Source: an uncultured Pelagibacteraceae bacterium
Lineage (GTDB): Bacteria > Pseudomonadota > Alphaproteobacteria > Pelagibacterales > Pelagibacteraceae
Length of the DNA stretch: 64,000 bases
Direction of reading: 5' to 3'
NCBI GenBank assembly: GCA_902555435.1
Contig: CACDRL010000001.1
Coordinates: 3,758-67,757, forward strand
Made by a program: the position numbers and the translations under genes. Positions 37,554 through 49,050 of the stretch are shown piece by piece. Each line of letters begins with the position of its first letter. The stretch's first letter is position 1. Below the pieces are notes generated by a model, which saw only the letters and a list, made by a program, of their open reading frames with translations, made no database searches and was not told the DNA's origin.

Positions 37554-38554
37554 TATTTACTTAAATCAACTAATACCCTTCCAGCAATTTCACCCTTTAA
37601 AATTTTTGGATAAGTTTCAACTAATTCCTCCAAACTAACAGTTAAAACTGATTTTTCAATTAAATCAAAATCAATTAATTTAGATGCTTCACCCCAAATA
37701 AATTCTCTTCTTTTAATACTACAATTTGCAGAGTCCATTCCCCAAACCTTAATTCCTCTTAACATAAATGGTAGTAAATTAGTGTTAAGCTCGTTGCTAT
37801 TTGCATTACCGCATACCGCTATGATTCCATTTGGTTTTGTTTGAGCAATTGCATTCGCTAAAATTTTTCCACCAACAGTATCAACTACCCCATCCCATAA
37901 GCCTTTATCTATTGGTCTTGGATCTTTATCAAATTCAGCCCTATTTATAATGTTTTTAGCGCCTAATGATTTTAAATAATCAGACTTTGAATCTTTTCCT
38001 GTTACTGCGGTAACGTTGTAACCTAATTTAGTTAAAGCCATAACCGCTAAACTACCAACTCCACCTGTTGCACCAGTTACCAAAACATCATTAACTTTTT
38101 CTCCCAACAAAATACTTTCTCTTGCTTGAATAGCAAATGCACTCATTAAAGAAGTTAGACCTGCTGTTCCTAAAATCATTGCTTGTTTGCTGGTTAAACT
38201 ATTTGGTTTTTTTACTAAAAAATCTCCACTTACTTTTGCAATTTGTGAAAACCCTCCAAAAAAAACTTCTCCCACTCTAAAACCAGTAAGGATTACTTCA
38301 TCACCTTCTTTAAATTTTGAATTATCGCTTTGAATAACAGTTCCAGAAAAATCTATTCCTGGAATATGAGGATATTCTTTAACTAATCTTCCCCCATTCT
38401 TTAGAATCATTCCATCTTTAAAGTTTAAGTCTGAATAATCTACTTTTACAGTTACATCTCCGTGTTTTAAGAAACTTCTATCTAAGGATTTTACTTCACG
38501 CGAAAAATTTTCGCCTTCTTGGTTAAGGACTATCGCTTTGAATTGATCAGACAC
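37553..38554 (-). CDS. acuI: Acryloyl-CoA reductase (YhdH/AcuI family)
   Basis: LNFKDG, PHIPGID, GTAGLT, VTGATGGVGS, DTVGG. Confidence 0.8.
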   Translation of the reverse strand: MSDQFKAIVLNQEGENFSREVKSLDRSFLKHGDVTVKVDYSDLNFKDGMILKNGGRLVKEYPHIPGIDFSGTVIQSDNSKFKEGDEVILTGFRVGEVFFGGFSQIAKVSGDFLVKKPNSLTSKQAMILGTAGLTSLMSAFAIQARESILLGEKVNDVLVTGATGGVGSLAVMALTKLGYNVTAVTGKDSKSDYLKSLGAKNIINRAEFDKDPRPIDKGLWDGVVDTVGGKILANAIAQTKPNGIIAVCGNANSNELNTNLLPFMLRGIKVWGMDSANCSIKRREFIWGEASKLIDFDLIEKSVLTVSLEELVETYPKILKGEIAGRVLVDLSK

Positions 38555-38555
38555 A

Positions 38556-39176
38556 CTAATCTTTTAACGTAGTGCTGATAAATCGTAAATATCTATTTTG
38601 ATAACTCAAATCTTCTTTGAATTGACCTAAGTAAAAATTAGTCACTGTTGTTGCTTGTTCTTTTTTAATACCTCTCATGGTCATACACTGATGAGTTGAA
38701 TCTATTGTAACAGCTACACCTTTTGCATCCAAAGCTTCCATCAAAGTGTTTGCTATCTGAACTGTTAATCTTTCTTGTGTTTGTAATCTTTTTGAAAATA
38801 TTTCAACTACTCTTGCAATTTTACTTAACCCCACAACTCTTTCATTGGGTATATAGGCAACATGGGCTTTTCCTATTATTGGAGCCATATGATGTTCACA
38901 ATGACTTTGTACTGAGATGTTTTTTTGAACAACCATGTCACTGTAACCTTCGACATCACCAAAAGTTTTATCTAATACTTTTTTTGCATCCTCATTGTAA
39001 CCTTGAAAATATTCTTTGAATGCTTTTACAACTCTTTTTGGAGTTTCTAATAACCCCTCTCTCTTAGGATCTTCCCCCATCCAAGATAAAATGGTTCTAA
39101 TAGCCTCTTCAGCTTCGTGATCTGAGACCTTTTTTGTATCTAAATTTTTGTCGTCTGTGTCTTTTACTAATTTCAT
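38556..39176 (-). CDS. folE: GTP cyclohydrolase I
   Basis: GEDP.REGL.ETP.RV, SHCEHH, GLSK, LQTQER, HQCM..RG. Confidence 0.97.
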   Translation of the reverse strand: MKLVKDTDDKNLDTKKVSDHEAEEAIRTILSWMGEDPKREGLLETPKRVVKAFKEYFQGYNEDAKKVLDKTFGDVEGYSDMVVQKNISVQSHCEHHMAPIIGKAHVAYIPNERVVGLSKIARVVEIFSKRLQTQERLTVQIANTLMEALDAKGVAVTIDSTHQCMTMRGIKKEQATTVTNFYLGQFKEDLSYQNRYLRFISTTLKD

Positions 39177-39253
39177 AGCGCCTTTTTATACAGTAATTAC
39201 CTTAATTTAAAAATATTTAATATATTTAGATATGTGCTACATAATCACCCCGT

Positions 39254-39721
39254 ATGTTCAAAAAAAGAGAAAATATCTATGATATTGAAGAAGGAAGTCT
39301 TCTATCACCAAAATTTGATAATGACGGGTTAATCCCAGTTATTACTATGTGTTCAAAAACCAAGGACATTTTAATGCACGGTTATATGAATGTGGAAGCT
39401 CTTAAAAAGACAATTGAAACTAAAGAAGCACACTATTTTAGTAGATCAAGAAAAGCTATCTGGCACAAAGGTAAAACGAGTGGTTTTACGCAAAAGGTTA
39501 CTGAAATAAGAATTGATGATGATCAAGATTCTATATGGTTAACGGTTGATATTGGTGACGGAGCTAGTTGTCATGTTGGATACAGATCTTGCTTTTACAG
39601 ATCTATTCCAATGGGACCAATTGATAATGGACGAAAAGTAGAAATGAAATTTCTTGAGAAAGAAAAAAAATTTGATCCTGAAGAAGTTTATAAAGGTCAA
39701 CCTAATCCAACTAAAATTTAA
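39254..39721 (+). CDS. hisI: Phosphoribosyl-AMP cyclohydrolase
   Basis: YFSRSR..IWHKG.TSG, DDDQD, CHVGYRSCFYR. Confidence 0.95.
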   Translation: MFKKRENIYDIEEGSLLSPKFDNDGLIPVITMCSKTKDILMHGYMNVEALKKTIETKEAHYFSRSRKAIWHKGKTSGFTQKVTEIRIDDDQDSIWLTVDIGDGASCHVGYRSCFYRSIPMGPIDNGRKVEMKFLEKEKKFDPEEVYKGQPNPTKI

Positions 39722-40096
39722 ATGAGTGAAAAACAAAAAAATGTTCTAGGTGAAGACCTGGAAGAATGTTCAAATGATCCTTTAACAGGTTGGTTTCGTG
39801 ATGGTTGTTGTAATACTGACGAGAATGATCATGGACTTCATACAGTTTGCGCTAAAGTTACTACCGAATGCTTAGAGTGGATGAAAGAAGCGGGTAACGA
39901 CTTAATTACTCCTCATCCTGAATTTGGGTTTCCAGGTTTAAAAGATGGAGATGGATGGTGTTTGTGTGCAAGTTGGTATGCAAGAGCAGTTGAGGCCGGT
40001 AAAGGATGTCCAATATTTTTGAAAAGAACTCACGAAAACACTCTTAAATATGTACCTATTGAAACTTTAAAAAAGTTTGCAATAGATTTGTCCTAA
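39722..40096 (+). CDS. DUF2237 family protein
   Basis: NVLG..LE.CS.DP.TG..RDG.C, GLK.GD.WC.CA..W. Confidence 0.92.
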   Translation: MSEKQKNVLGEDLEECSNDPLTGWFRDGCCNTDENDHGLHTVCAKVTTECLEWMKEAGNDLITPHPEFGFPGLKDGDGWCLCASWYARAVEAGKGCPIFLKRTHENTLKYVPIETLKKFAIDLS

Positions 40097-40097
40097 T

Positions 40098-41717
40098 TTA
40101 CATATTTCCATATCTTGGACCACCGCTACCCTCTGGAGTAACCCAAGTAATATTTTGTGATGGTTCTTTAATATCACAAGTTTTACAATGAATACAATTT
40201 TGAGAATTAATTACAAATTTGTTTATATCATTTTCTTTTTGAACTTCATACACACCTGCAGGACAATATCTTTGAGCAGGTTCATCAAATTTTTCTAAAG
40301 TATAATTTATTGGCAAATCAGGATCTTTAAGTTTTAGATGAACTGGTTGATTGTCTGCATGATTGGTTCCTGTTAGATAAACTGAGCTTGTTTTATCAAA
40401 AGTAATTACATTATCATATTTTGGATAATCTATTTTTGGCATTTGATTTGCAGGTTTTAATGTTTCATGATCGGCATGTTTATGTTTAAGTGTAAAAGGA
40501 AGTTTTCCTCTAAATAAAATTTGATCGATACCTGTGAAAATTATTCCTAAAATTAATCCCCAGCTAAAACTAGGTTTCACATTCCGAGCTTCATAAAGCT
40601 CTTTATGTAACCAACTATTTTTAAATTTATTTTCATAAATTGATAAATCTTTGTTTTCTTTTAAATGTTCATTGATAGTTTCAGCTGCAATCATCCCGCT
40701 TTTCATTGCTGTATGAGAACCTTTAATTTTTGGCATATTCAAAATTCCAGCATCGCAACCAACTAATAAAGCTCCAGGCATAAACATTTTTGGTAAACTT
40801 TGAAATCCACCTTCAATTAAAGCTCTTGCACCGTAAGAAATCCTTTTACCACCTTCTATTATTTTTTTTATTGCCGGATGTGTTTTAAATCTCTGAAATT
40901 CATCATAAGGAGATAAATGTGGATTTTTGTAATCTAAACCAATTACATAGCCTAAAAATACTTGTTTATTTTCAGCGTGGTACATAAAGCTTCCACCATA
41001 AGTATTATTATCAAGTGGCCATCCTGCTGTATGCATAACCAGTCCTTCTTCATGATTTTTTTCATCTATTTCCCATATTTCTTTAAAACCAATTCCATAT
41101 TGCTGAGGATCTTTTCCTTTACTCAATTCAAATTTTTGAATTAATTGTTTTCCTAAATGACCTCTGCAACCTTCAGCAAATACCGTTACTTTTCCTAAAA
41201 GCTCAATCCCTGGTTCAAAACTATCTTTTTTGTTTCCCTCTTTATCTATGCCCATATCTTGAGTAGCTACTCCTTTAACAGACCCATCATCGTTATATAA
41301 AATTTCACTTGCTGGGAAACCTGGAAAAATCTCTACACCTAAACCTTCTGCTTGTTCAGCTAACCATCTGCATAGGTTAGCTAAACTAATAATATAGTTT
41401 TTGTGATTTTGTTGAACTGCTGGCAAAAGCCAAGTTGGCCAACTTAAGGATTTTGTTTTTCCTAAGAATAAAAATTTTTCTTTTGTTACTTTTGTTTTAA
41501 TTGGTGAGTTCAGTTCTCTCCAGTTAGGCAATAATTCATCTAGTGCTCTTGTCTCAAAAACATTCCCGCTTAAAATATGTGCTCCTATCTCTGAAGCTTT
41601 TTCAAGTAAGCAAACATTTAAATTTGAATCTAATTGTTTTAATTTAATTGCAGTTGCTAATCCTGATGGACCACCACCAATGATTACAACATCGTATTCC
41701 ATAGATTCTCTAGACAT
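40098..41717 (-). CDS. etfdh: Electron transfer flavoprotein-ubiquinone oxidoreductase
   Basis: GGGPSGL, HILSG, PKIKG.HTAM.SG, CPAGVYE, NCIHCKTCDIK. Confidence 0.96.
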   Translation of the reverse strand: MSRESMEYDVVIIGGGPSGLATAIKLKQLDSNLNVCLLEKASEIGAHILSGNVFETRALDELLPNWRELNSPIKTKVTKEKFLFLGKTKSLSWPTWLLPAVQQNHKNYIISLANLCRWLAEQAEGLGVEIFPGFPASEILYNDDGSVKGVATQDMGIDKEGNKKDSFEPGIELLGKVTVFAEGCRGHLGKQLIQKFELSKGKDPQQYGIGFKEIWEIDEKNHEEGLVMHTAGWPLDNNTYGGSFMYHAENKQVFLGYVIGLDYKNPHLSPYDEFQRFKTHPAIKKIIEGGKRISYGARALIEGGFQSLPKMFMPGALLVGCDAGILNMPKIKGSHTAMKSGMIAAETINEHLKENKDLSIYENKFKNSWLHKELYEARNVKPSFSWGLILGIIFTGIDQILFRGKLPFTLKHKHADHETLKPANQMPKIDYPKYDNVITFDKTSSVYLTGTNHADNQPVHLKLKDPDLPINYTLEKFDEPAQRYCPAGVYEVQKENDINKFVINSQNCIHCKTCDIKEPSQNITWVTPEGSGGPRYGNM

Positions 41718-41740
41718 AATCTAGTTTTTAACGGTAAGGA

Positions 41741-42694
41741 TTATTTTTGTATAGTGTTTAATTTGTTCAGCTCTTCCATGAACTGAGGCAAGGCTTCAAA
41801 AAGATCTGCTTCAAGACCGTAATCAGCTACACTAAAAATTGGTGCTTCACCATCTTTATTAATTGCAACTATAACTTTACTCTCTTTCATACCTGCTAAA
41901 TGCTGAATTGCTCCTGATATTCCAACAGCTATGTATAAATCTGGCACAACAACTTTTCCGGTTTGTCCAACTTGGTGATCATTACTTATATAACCTGCAT
42001 CAACTGCTGCTCTCGATGCTCCAATTGCTGCACCTAGTTTGTCAGCAATCTCTGTAATTAATTTAAAGTTATCTCCACTTTGCATACCTCTTCCACCTGA
42101 TACAACAATTCTTGCAGTTCCAAGCTCAGGTCTGTCAGATTTAATTTCTTCTCTTTTTATAAATTTTGTATTTGAAAATTCCTCAGCAGCATCAATTTTC
42201 TCAATTGGCGCTGAACCCCCTGAACTTTCACAAGGATCAAATGAAGTAGGTCTTATTGTAACACATTTTTTAGCATCATTACTTTTAACTGTTGCAAAAG
42301 CATTTCCAGCATAAATTGGTCTAACAAAAGTGTCAGATGATATTACTTTTATAATGTCGCTAACTTGTGAAGTATCAAGATGAGCTGCAATCCTTGGCAT
42401 TAAATTTTTACCAAATGTATTTGCTGAACAAATAATATGGGAATAATTTTCTGCTAACTTAACCACAACTGGAGCAAAATTTTCTGCTGTAAAATTTTCA
42501 TAGTGTGGTGCTTCAACGCTTAAGACTTTTTTAATTACTGGAAGTTCTGATAGTTGTTTTGCTGCCTCAGCACTATTATTTCCAATTAATAACGCATGAA
42601 CATCATTGTCAATTTGTGAAGCTGCTGTAGCAGCATTTAATGTAAATGGTCTTAACTCTTTATTGTTATGTTCAGCTATAAGTAAAACTGCCAT
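41741..42694 (-). CDS. etfA: ETF alpha subunit
   Basis: VVSGGRGM, GASRAAVDAG, QVGQTGK, GISGAIQHLAGM. Confidence 0.97.
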   Translation of the reverse strand: MAVLLIAEHNNKELRPFTLNAATAASQIDNDVHALLIGNNSAEAAKQLSELPVIKKVLSVEAPHYENFTAENFAPVVVKLAENYSHIICSANTFGKNLMPRIAAHLDTSQVSDIIKVISSDTFVRPIYAGNAFATVKSNDAKKCVTIRPTSFDPCESSGGSAPIEKIDAAEEFSNTKFIKREEIKSDRPELGTARIVVSGGRGMQSGDNFKLITEIADKLGAAIGASRAAVDAGYISNDHQVGQTGKVVVPDLYIAVGISGAIQHLAGMKESKVIVAINKDGEAPIFSVADYGLEADLFEALPQFMEELNKLNTIQK

Positions 42695-43443
42695 TATATT
42701 ACCTTTGCTTCATTTTTTAATTTTTGAACTAATTCTGCTACATTAGCCACTTTAATACCTGCTTTTCTTTTTGGTGGCTCTTCTACTTTAATTTGCTCTA
42801 CCCTTGGAGAAGTATCAACACCTAGGTCAGATGCAGCAATTTCTTCTATTGGTTTTTTCTTCGCTTTCATAATATTTGGAAGAGAAGCGTATCGTGGTTC
42901 GTTTAATCTTAGATCACAAGTTACAATAGCAGGAACATTTATTTCAATCGTTTCAAGTCCCTCATCTATTTCTCTAGTAACTTCTAGTTTGTTATCTTTT
43001 ACATCAATCTTTGATGCAAAAGTTGCTTGCGGCCAATTTAATAATGCACTCAACATTTGACCTGTTTGATTACAATCATCATCAATTGCTTGTTTTCCCA
43101 TAAAAACTAAATCTGGTTTTTCTTTTTCAACAACCTTTTGTAAAATTTTTGAAACAGCTAATGGTTCTAGTATTCCATCTGCTTTGACATGAATTCCTCT
43201 ATCTGCACCAACTGCTAAAGCCTTTCTAACAGTTTCTTGAGCTTTTTCTTCACCGACAGTAATTGCAACCACCTCTGTTGCCTTTCCTGCTTCTTTAATT
43301 TTCACCGCTTCTTCTATTGCATTATCATCTGGTGGATTAGTTGACATTTTTACGTTGTCTGTAACAACACCAGTACCATCTTCTTTAACTCTGATTTGAA
43401 CGTTGTAATCAATAACTCTTTTTACTGCTACTAGGATTTTCAT
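42694..43443 (-). CDS. etfB: ETF beta subunit
   Basis: [36 protein letters not shown]. Confidence 0.97.
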   Translation of the reverse strand: MKILVAVKRVIDYNVQIRVKEDGTGVVTDNVKMSTNPPDDNAIEEAVKIKEAGKATEVVAITVGEEKAQETVRKALAVGADRGIHVKADGILEPLAVSKILQKVVEKEKPDLVFMGKQAIDDDCNQTGQMLSALLNWPQATFASKIDVKDNKLEVTREIDEGLETIEINVPAIVTCDLRLNEPRYASLPNIMKAKKKPIEEIAASDLGVDTSPRVEQIKVEEPPKRKAGIKVANVAELVQKLKNEAKVI

Positions 43444-45875
43444 TAAGCTCTCAATAAATTATTTTCTGTATCATATGGACTTTCATCTAGAACCGTAGCG
43501 TCATACATTTCACCTAATATATCAACTTGTAATTTGTCGCCCACATTAGAACAATCAGGTTTTACCATTGCAAGAGCAATTGATTTATCTAATCTAAATC
43601 CAAACTCACCACCTGTTGCTCTTCCAACCACTTTACCGTCTTTAAATATAGGGTTGTTTCCCAAAACATCTGCATCTTTAGTATTATGAACTTCTAAAGT
43701 TACCAACTTGTTATCAAAACCTTTTTCTCTCCATTTATTAAGTGCCTCTAAACCAATAAAGTTTCCTTTATTTGGATGAATAAATCTATCTAGTCCTGAT
43801 TCATATGGAGAATATTCAATCGATAATTCTGTTCCAACTAGTTTATAAGATTTTTCTACTCTTAAACTATTCATTGCTCTGATACCAAATGGTTTAATTC
43901 CTAAATCTTTACCAGCTTCCATTAATTTATCGAAAATATGATTTTGATATTCAATTGGATGATGAAGTTCCCAGCCAAGTTCACCAACAAAATTTACTCT
44001 CATAGCATTAACTGGTGCATACCCTACATTCACATTTTTTGCAGTAAGCCACTTAAAATTTTCATTTGAAAAATCATCAGTTGAAACTTTTTGCATTAGC
44101 TGTCTAGCTTTAGGACCAGCTACAACCAATACACCTGTGCTATTAGTTAAATCTTCAAAAATTACAGACCCATCATCTGGCATCCATTTTTGTATCCAAT
44201 CATGGTCTAATCTTAAATTTGCTCCAGCTGATACTAAATAATAACTATTCTCAGCTTCTTTCATGATTGTAAATTCTGAATGCACACCACCTTTAGTATT
44301 TAATGCATGACACAAGTTTATTCTTCCAATTTTTTTTGGAAGTTTGTTGGCAACTAAATAGTCTAAAAACTCTTCTGCTTTAGGTCCTCTTATTCTGCAT
44401 TTTGCAAAAGCAGTCATATCTAAAAGACCAACATTTTCTTTTACATTTTGACATTCCTTTTTAATTGCATCAAACCATTTTGATCTTCTAAATGACCAAT
44501 CGTCTTTTTGCTCCATTCCATCTGTTGCAAAAAAGTTAGGTCTTTCCCATCCAAATTTTTGACCAAAGACTGCACCTAAATTTTTCATTCTTTCATAACA
44601 TGGAGCTGTTCTTAAGGGTCTAGCTGCCGGTCTTTCTTCATCTGGATAGTGCACTATAAATACATGACTGTACGCCTCTTCATTTTTAGCTTTCAAATAA
44701 GATTTAGTTGCATAGTTTCCATATCGTCTTGGTTCAACTCCCAACATATCGATTGTAGGTTCTCCATCTACAATCCATTCAGCAAGTTGCCAACCAGCAC
44801 CGCCTGCAGCAGTTATTCCAAAACTATGACCTTCATTAATCCAAAAATTCTTTAGTCCCCAAGCAGGTCCTACAATTGGATTTCCATCAGGTGTATAACA
44901 AATTGCTCCGTTATAAACTTTCTTAACTCCAACTTCTCCAAAAGCAGGAACTCTATGTATTGCTCCTTCAATGTGTGGAGCTAATCTATCTAAATCTTCC
45001 TGAAATAATTCGTATTCGGAATTCTTTGATGGTCCCTCAACATAACAAGCTGGTGCACCATCTTCATAAGGTCCTAATATTAATCCACCTGCTTCTTCCC
45101 TCATATACCATCTGCTATCACTATCTCTTAAAACTCCCATTTCTGGTAAACCATCTTTTTTTCTTTGTTGAATTGCAGGATGCGGTTCAGTTACGATGTA
45201 TTGATGTTCAACAGGGATGACTGGAATATCTAATCCAACCATTTCACCAGTTTGTCTTGCAAAATTTCCAGAGCAAGAAATTACATGTTCACACTCAATT
45301 GATCCTTTATCTGTTTCAACAATCCATCCATCTTTTGTTTGTCTCATTGATAGAACAGCTGTGTTCCTATAAATCTCAGCTCCTCTATTTCTTGCACCAG
45401 TAGCTAAAGCTTGTGTTAAATCTGCAGGTTGGATGTATCCATCTTCTGGGTGTTGAATTGCTCCAACTAAATCATCTGTATGACACAAAGGCCAAATTTC
45501 TTTTACTTGTTGTGGAGTTAAAAATTTTACATCCACTCCAATTGTTCGAGCAACACCTGCGTACTGATGGTACTCATCCATTCTATCTTTTGTGCTTGCT
45601 AAACGAATATTTGAAACAACACTAAAGCCAACATTTTTTCCCGTTTCTTCTTCTAAAGTTTTATAAAGATTAACAGCATATTTATGGAGCTGTCCTACTG
45701 AGTAACTCATGTTAAACAACGGCAATAAACCCGCGGCATGCCAAGTTGAACCTGAGGTTAACTCTTTTCTTTCAACGAGCACTACATCAGACCAACCCTT
45801 TTTTGCTAAATGATAAAGAGCACTAACCCCTACTACTCCACCACCAACAACTACGACTTTAGTTTTTGTTTTCAT
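43443..45875 (-). CDS. FAD/THF-dependent dimethylglycine/sarcosine dehydrogenase family protein (GcvT-fused), paralog 1
   Basis: [30 protein letters not shown]. Confidence 0.92.
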   Translation of the reverse strand: MKTKTKVVVVGGGVVGVSALYHLAKKGWSDVVLVERKELTSGSTWHAAGLLPLFNMSYSVGQLHKYAVNLYKTLEEETGKNVGFSVVSNIRLASTKDRMDEYHQYAGVARTIGVDVKFLTPQQVKEIWPLCHTDDLVGAIQHPEDGYIQPADLTQALATGARNRGAEIYRNTAVLSMRQTKDGWIVETDKGSIECEHVISCSGNFARQTGEMVGLDIPVIPVEHQYIVTEPHPAIQQRKKDGLPEMGVLRDSDSRWYMREEAGGLILGPYEDGAPACYVEGPSKNSEYELFQEDLDRLAPHIEGAIHRVPAFGEVGVKKVYNGAICYTPDGNPIVGPAWGLKNFWINEGHSFGITAAGGAGWQLAEWIVDGEPTIDMLGVEPRRYGNYATKSYLKAKNEEAYSHVFIVHYPDEERPAARPLRTAPCYERMKNLGAVFGQKFGWERPNFFATDGMEQKDDWSFRRSKWFDAIKKECQNVKENVGLLDMTAFAKCRIRGPKAEEFLDYLVANKLPKKIGRINLCHALNTKGGVHSEFTIMKEAENSYYLVSAGANLRLDHDWIQKWMPDDGSVIFEDLTNSTGVLVVAGPKARQLMQKVSTDDFSNENFKWLTAKNVNVGYAPVNAMRVNFVGELGWELHHPIEYQNHIFDKLMEAGKDLGIKPFGIRAMNSLRVEKSYKLVGTELSIEYSPYESGLDRFIHPNKGNFIGLEALNKWREKGFDNKLVTLEVHNTKDADVLGNNPIFKDGKVVGRATGGEFGFRLDKSIALAMVKPDCSNVGDKLQVDILGEMYDATVLDESPYDTENNLLRA

Positions 45876-45932
45876 TTCGTGATTCCTACTAAATTTTTAT
45901 TAGTAACGAAACAAAAATGTATCTGATAATAA

Positions 45933-46409
45933 TCAAATTGAGCTACCAAGAGGGATTGGACTTGAGACCATTGTGGTCATCCAGCAATCTTTTAAAACTC
46001 CTTCGTCTGTATATTTTTCAACCTGCCAATTGAACTTATGATAAATCTTATCCTTATCTAATATGATGACCTCAAATTGAGCCCATTTGTCACTACTACC
46101 AACCTCTGTGATTGTATGACTTAGATGATTAATCATCATTTTGTAGGATGCTCCTTTAATCATTAACTTAAAATTACTTAGGGGACCTGTCACTCTTTTA
46201 TTGTTAGGGTGAGCAAAGGTCCAGGTTTGCTCTATCCCTCTGTCTTTATATTCTAAATCATTTTTTTTCAGACCATTAAGTTGAATTTCAACAACTTCTT
46301 TTGGAGTAATTTTTTTGTTTGGATTTATCAACTCTGAATATGAATAAACAGTTGTTAATAAGAGAATTAATAAAGTACTAAATATTATTCGCAGTTTTTC
46401 TAACATCAT
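45933..46409 (-). CDS. DUF4864-like exported protein
   Basis: Signal peptide, P.EVV..QL..L..N, FA.P.N, F..M....Y..M. Confidence 0.6.
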   Translation of the reverse strand: MMLEKLRIIFSTLLILLLTTVYSYSELINPNKKITPKEVVEIQLNGLKKNDLEYKDRGIEQTWTFAHPNNKRVTGPLSNFKLMIKGASYKMMINHLSHTITEVGSSDKWAQFEVIILDKDKIYHKFNWQVEKYTDEGVLKDCWMTTMVSSPIPLGSSI

Positions 46410-46947
46410 CTAAGAACTCTTGTCTTTTTGAGTCGCTCACAAAAGGTACTGCAAAATATCTTCGATAGGTAATGTTATATATGCCACACATGTGAAATAC
46501 CCCTCTTTTCAATCTTCTAATGGGTAAATTCAAAAAAAACGTAGTGATTGCAAGTCTTGGTGAACCATAAGTGCAAAAAATTACTGCTTTCTTTTTTCTT
46601 AAATTACCAATTGGATAACCATAGTTTCCAACAAGTTGTTTAAATCTAAATGCCCAAGGTGGTGCCAATACTTTATCAATCCATCCTTCAACTATTGCTG
46701 GCATTCTAAAATTCCATATTGGTGCAACTAATACAATTGTATCGCACTCCTCTATTCTCTTACGATGATCTAAAACTTCAGCGCTTGGCTCTTCTCCGGC
46801 AAATACAGGATCAAATTTTTCTTTATATAAGTCTACAACGTCTACTTTGTTACCTTTTAATTCGGAGTGTTTTATAAATTCATTTTTAATTGCTGCGTTA
46901 AACGAATTCTCATTATAATGACCGTAAACTAAGAAAATTTTTTTCAT
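46378..46947 (-). CDS. NAD(P)H-dependent flavodoxin-fold oxidoreductase (NQO-type)
   Basis: H....SFN.AI, DLY...FDP, PIW...PA...GWID.V. Confidence 0.88.
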   Translation of the reverse strand: MKKIFLVYGHYNENSFNAAIKNEFIKHSELKGNKVDVVDLYKEKFDPVFAGEEPSAEVLDHRKRIEECDTIVLVAPIWNFRMPAIVEGWIDKVLAPPWAFRFKQLVGNYGYPIGNLRKKKAVIFCTYGSPRLAITTFFLNLPIRRLKRGVFHMCGIYNITYRRYFAVPFVSDSKRQEFLDDVRKTANNI

Positions 46948-46993
46948 AATTTTTAATTAACAAAAAAAAACAAAAAAACTATAAAATTATTGA

Positions 46994-48604
46994 TTATTCT
47001 GAAGTTTTGTACTTACTATTGTTAATTATATAGACAAATAGAATTGGTAAAATAAGAGTTAGTAAAGTTACTACAATTAATAATATCCCAAGTTCTGAAT
47101 AATCAGCAGTTGTTTGGATTTCACCTGATACTTTATCTTTTACTTCTCTAGTAACTGTAAAAATTTGATTTAAATATTTAGTTCCTAAAGCACTTGCTGA
47201 AAGAGCTAAATTTGTAAAAGAAGCAAAGACTGCAAAAAAAGTTGCTTTAAGATGTGAAGGAGCATTTTTAGCAATCCAAGCTAATAATGGGATCATTGAT
47301 ACTTGTCCTAATGGAGACTCAAGTGCTGTATTAAGTATCGCAATAAATTTAGCATCAACTACACCTCCTGTTAATGAGGCAGTCCAGTTATGAAATCCAT
47401 AATACATCCCAACACTTGGTAAAAATAAAACTGCTCCAGCTATACTTAATACAACAATAATTTTTGCAATTGAGTTATTAGCCATAAATGGTCTTAATAA
47501 AACTATTCCAGCCAATGTTAAAATAGATGCTAGTAAAGATAAAATTGAAAAAAATTGTTCATTAAAACCAAGTTCATCAATTTCAAACCAAGTTAGTCCA
47601 GGTCCAGGTCCAGGCATTGCTCTAAATATAAAGATAATTACCGCAGTACCAACAATCGTTAACCTTAAATTCTCTGGTAACTCTTTGATTAGTTTAAACA
47701 TCAAAAATAAAATTATAATAACCGAACCAATAAAAACAATCTCCTGAGCAAAAGGAACTTTGAAAGATCCAATAGACAAAGTGAAAATAACAAATATTAA
47801 ACTTCCTCCGAGTATCCACCAATTAATTTTAGTTTTCTCAGATCCTCTTTCCTCTTTAAGTTCAAGTCCTTTAGATTTTAAATTTTGAATTTGTTTATTC
47901 CTTAAATATTTTGCTAAAAACACTCCCATGATTGAAACAACTGGGATAACTAATGCATATATGTAAATTTTACCATATAGAGCAATTTTAGCATTTTGTT
48001 CTAGACTATCTACGTCTCTAAATAAAATTACATTTACTAAAGCTACTAAAACTGTACCTCCAATAATTGCAAATCGACCAAGGGTTTGCATTGTTGTATG
48101 CATGATCTTAACTTGATCTTTGCTGTAATCATTTCCACTCTCATCAGTCAGTGGCACAGCTTCTACAGTCATAGCATCAGCAACGACATCTTGAATTACG
48201 TAACCAACAGGAGCTAAAATTACACTAATTACGAACCATGTCTCGACAGTGAAAATTTCCGACATGTCTTCTGTATGAATTATAAGTCCATACATAATGA
48301 GTAAACTTATCGCGATTAAAGAAGCGCCAAAGTAAACCATATAATTTTTTCTATCCCATATAAGATCAACTAAATGTCCTAGAGGCATTTTTAATGCCCA
48401 TGGAATTCCAGCCCAAAACCCAAGTCCAGCTAAAAAGGCTGCAGATAAATTTAAGTAATCTTTAACAAAAAAAGTTCCAACTATTCCAGTTAATCCAGAA
48501 ATACCAGCTGCAACATAAACCATCAAAGGAGGTAAATAAGTCCATTTAAATTGTCGGCCTAAATCTAAAAAAGTACTGTCTAAAAATTTTAAAATTTTAT
48601 TCAT
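46994..48604 (-). CDS. BT1-family folate/biopterin transporter (MFS)
   Basis: PWALK...G...D, DVVADA..VE, PL....A..AP....AT.FA...S..NL. Confidence 0.75.
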   Translation of the reverse strand: MNKILKFLDSTFLDLGRQFKWTYLPPLMVYVAAGISGLTGIVGTFFVKDYLNLSAAFLAGLGFWAGIPWALKMPLGHLVDLIWDRKNYMVYFGASLIAISLLIMYGLIIHTEDMSEIFTVETWFVISVILAPVGYVIQDVVADAMTVEAVPLTDESGNDYSKDQVKIMHTTMQTLGRFAIIGGTVLVALVNVILFRDVDSLEQNAKIALYGKIYIYALVIPVVSIMGVFLAKYLRNKQIQNLKSKGLELKEERGSEKTKINWWILGGSLIFVIFTLSIGSFKVPFAQEIVFIGSVIIILFLMFKLIKELPENLRLTIVGTAVIIFIFRAMPGPGPGLTWFEIDELGFNEQFFSILSLLASILTLAGIVLLRPFMANNSIAKIIVVLSIAGAVLFLPSVGMYYGFHNWTASLTGGVVDAKFIAILNTALESPLGQVSMIPLLAWIAKNAPSHLKATFFAVFASFTNLALSASALGTKYLNQIFTVTREVKDKVSGEIQTTADYSELGILLIVVTLLTLILPILFVYIINNSKYKTSE

Positions 48605-48608
48605 AAAA

Positions 48609-49043
48609 TTAATTACTCAAAACCGGAAAAGCCTGTCTTATTTTTAAAAAAAATTTTTGATATTCCATTTTGGTACATTTGTTTTCTACATATTCTATAT
48701 TATTTTTTTCTACTAGTTGCTTGGCATTTTCGTCTCTTATTCCAAGTTGCAACCATAATACTTTAGCTCCAATTTTTACTGTATCCTCTGCTATGCCAAA
48801 AGCTTCTTTAGAAGGTCTAAACACATCTACAATGTCTATAGGATCTTTGATATCTGTTATCGAAGCATAAACTTCCTCACCTAAAATTTTTTTACCTTTA
48901 GCTGAAGGGTTTACTGGATAAACTTTGTAACCATACTCTTGCATATATTTCATGACTATGGTTGAAGTTTTTTTTAAATCACTACTAACACCAACCATTG
49001 CAATAGATTTAGAATTTTCTAAAATTCTCTTTATGTCACTCAT
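48609..49043 (-). CDS. CoA-binding protein (YccU-like)
   Basis: IA.VG.S, GY.V.PVNP, VDVFR, LWLQLG, C.K.E. Confidence 0.92.
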   Translation of the reverse strand: MSDIKRILENSKSIAMVGVSSDLKKTSTIVMKYMQEYGYKVYPVNPSAKGKKILGEEVYASITDIKDPIDIVDVFRPSKEAFGIAEDTVKIGAKVLWLQLGIRDENAKQLVEKNNIEYVENKCTKMEYQKFFLKIRQAFPVLSN

Positions 49044-49050
49044 TTAATTA

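Noticed and set aside
45876-45932. Possible structured leader before the dehydrogenase paralog 1 (TACTAA/TTAGTA stem)
   Set aside because: AT-only 6-bp stem, expected by chance at this composition
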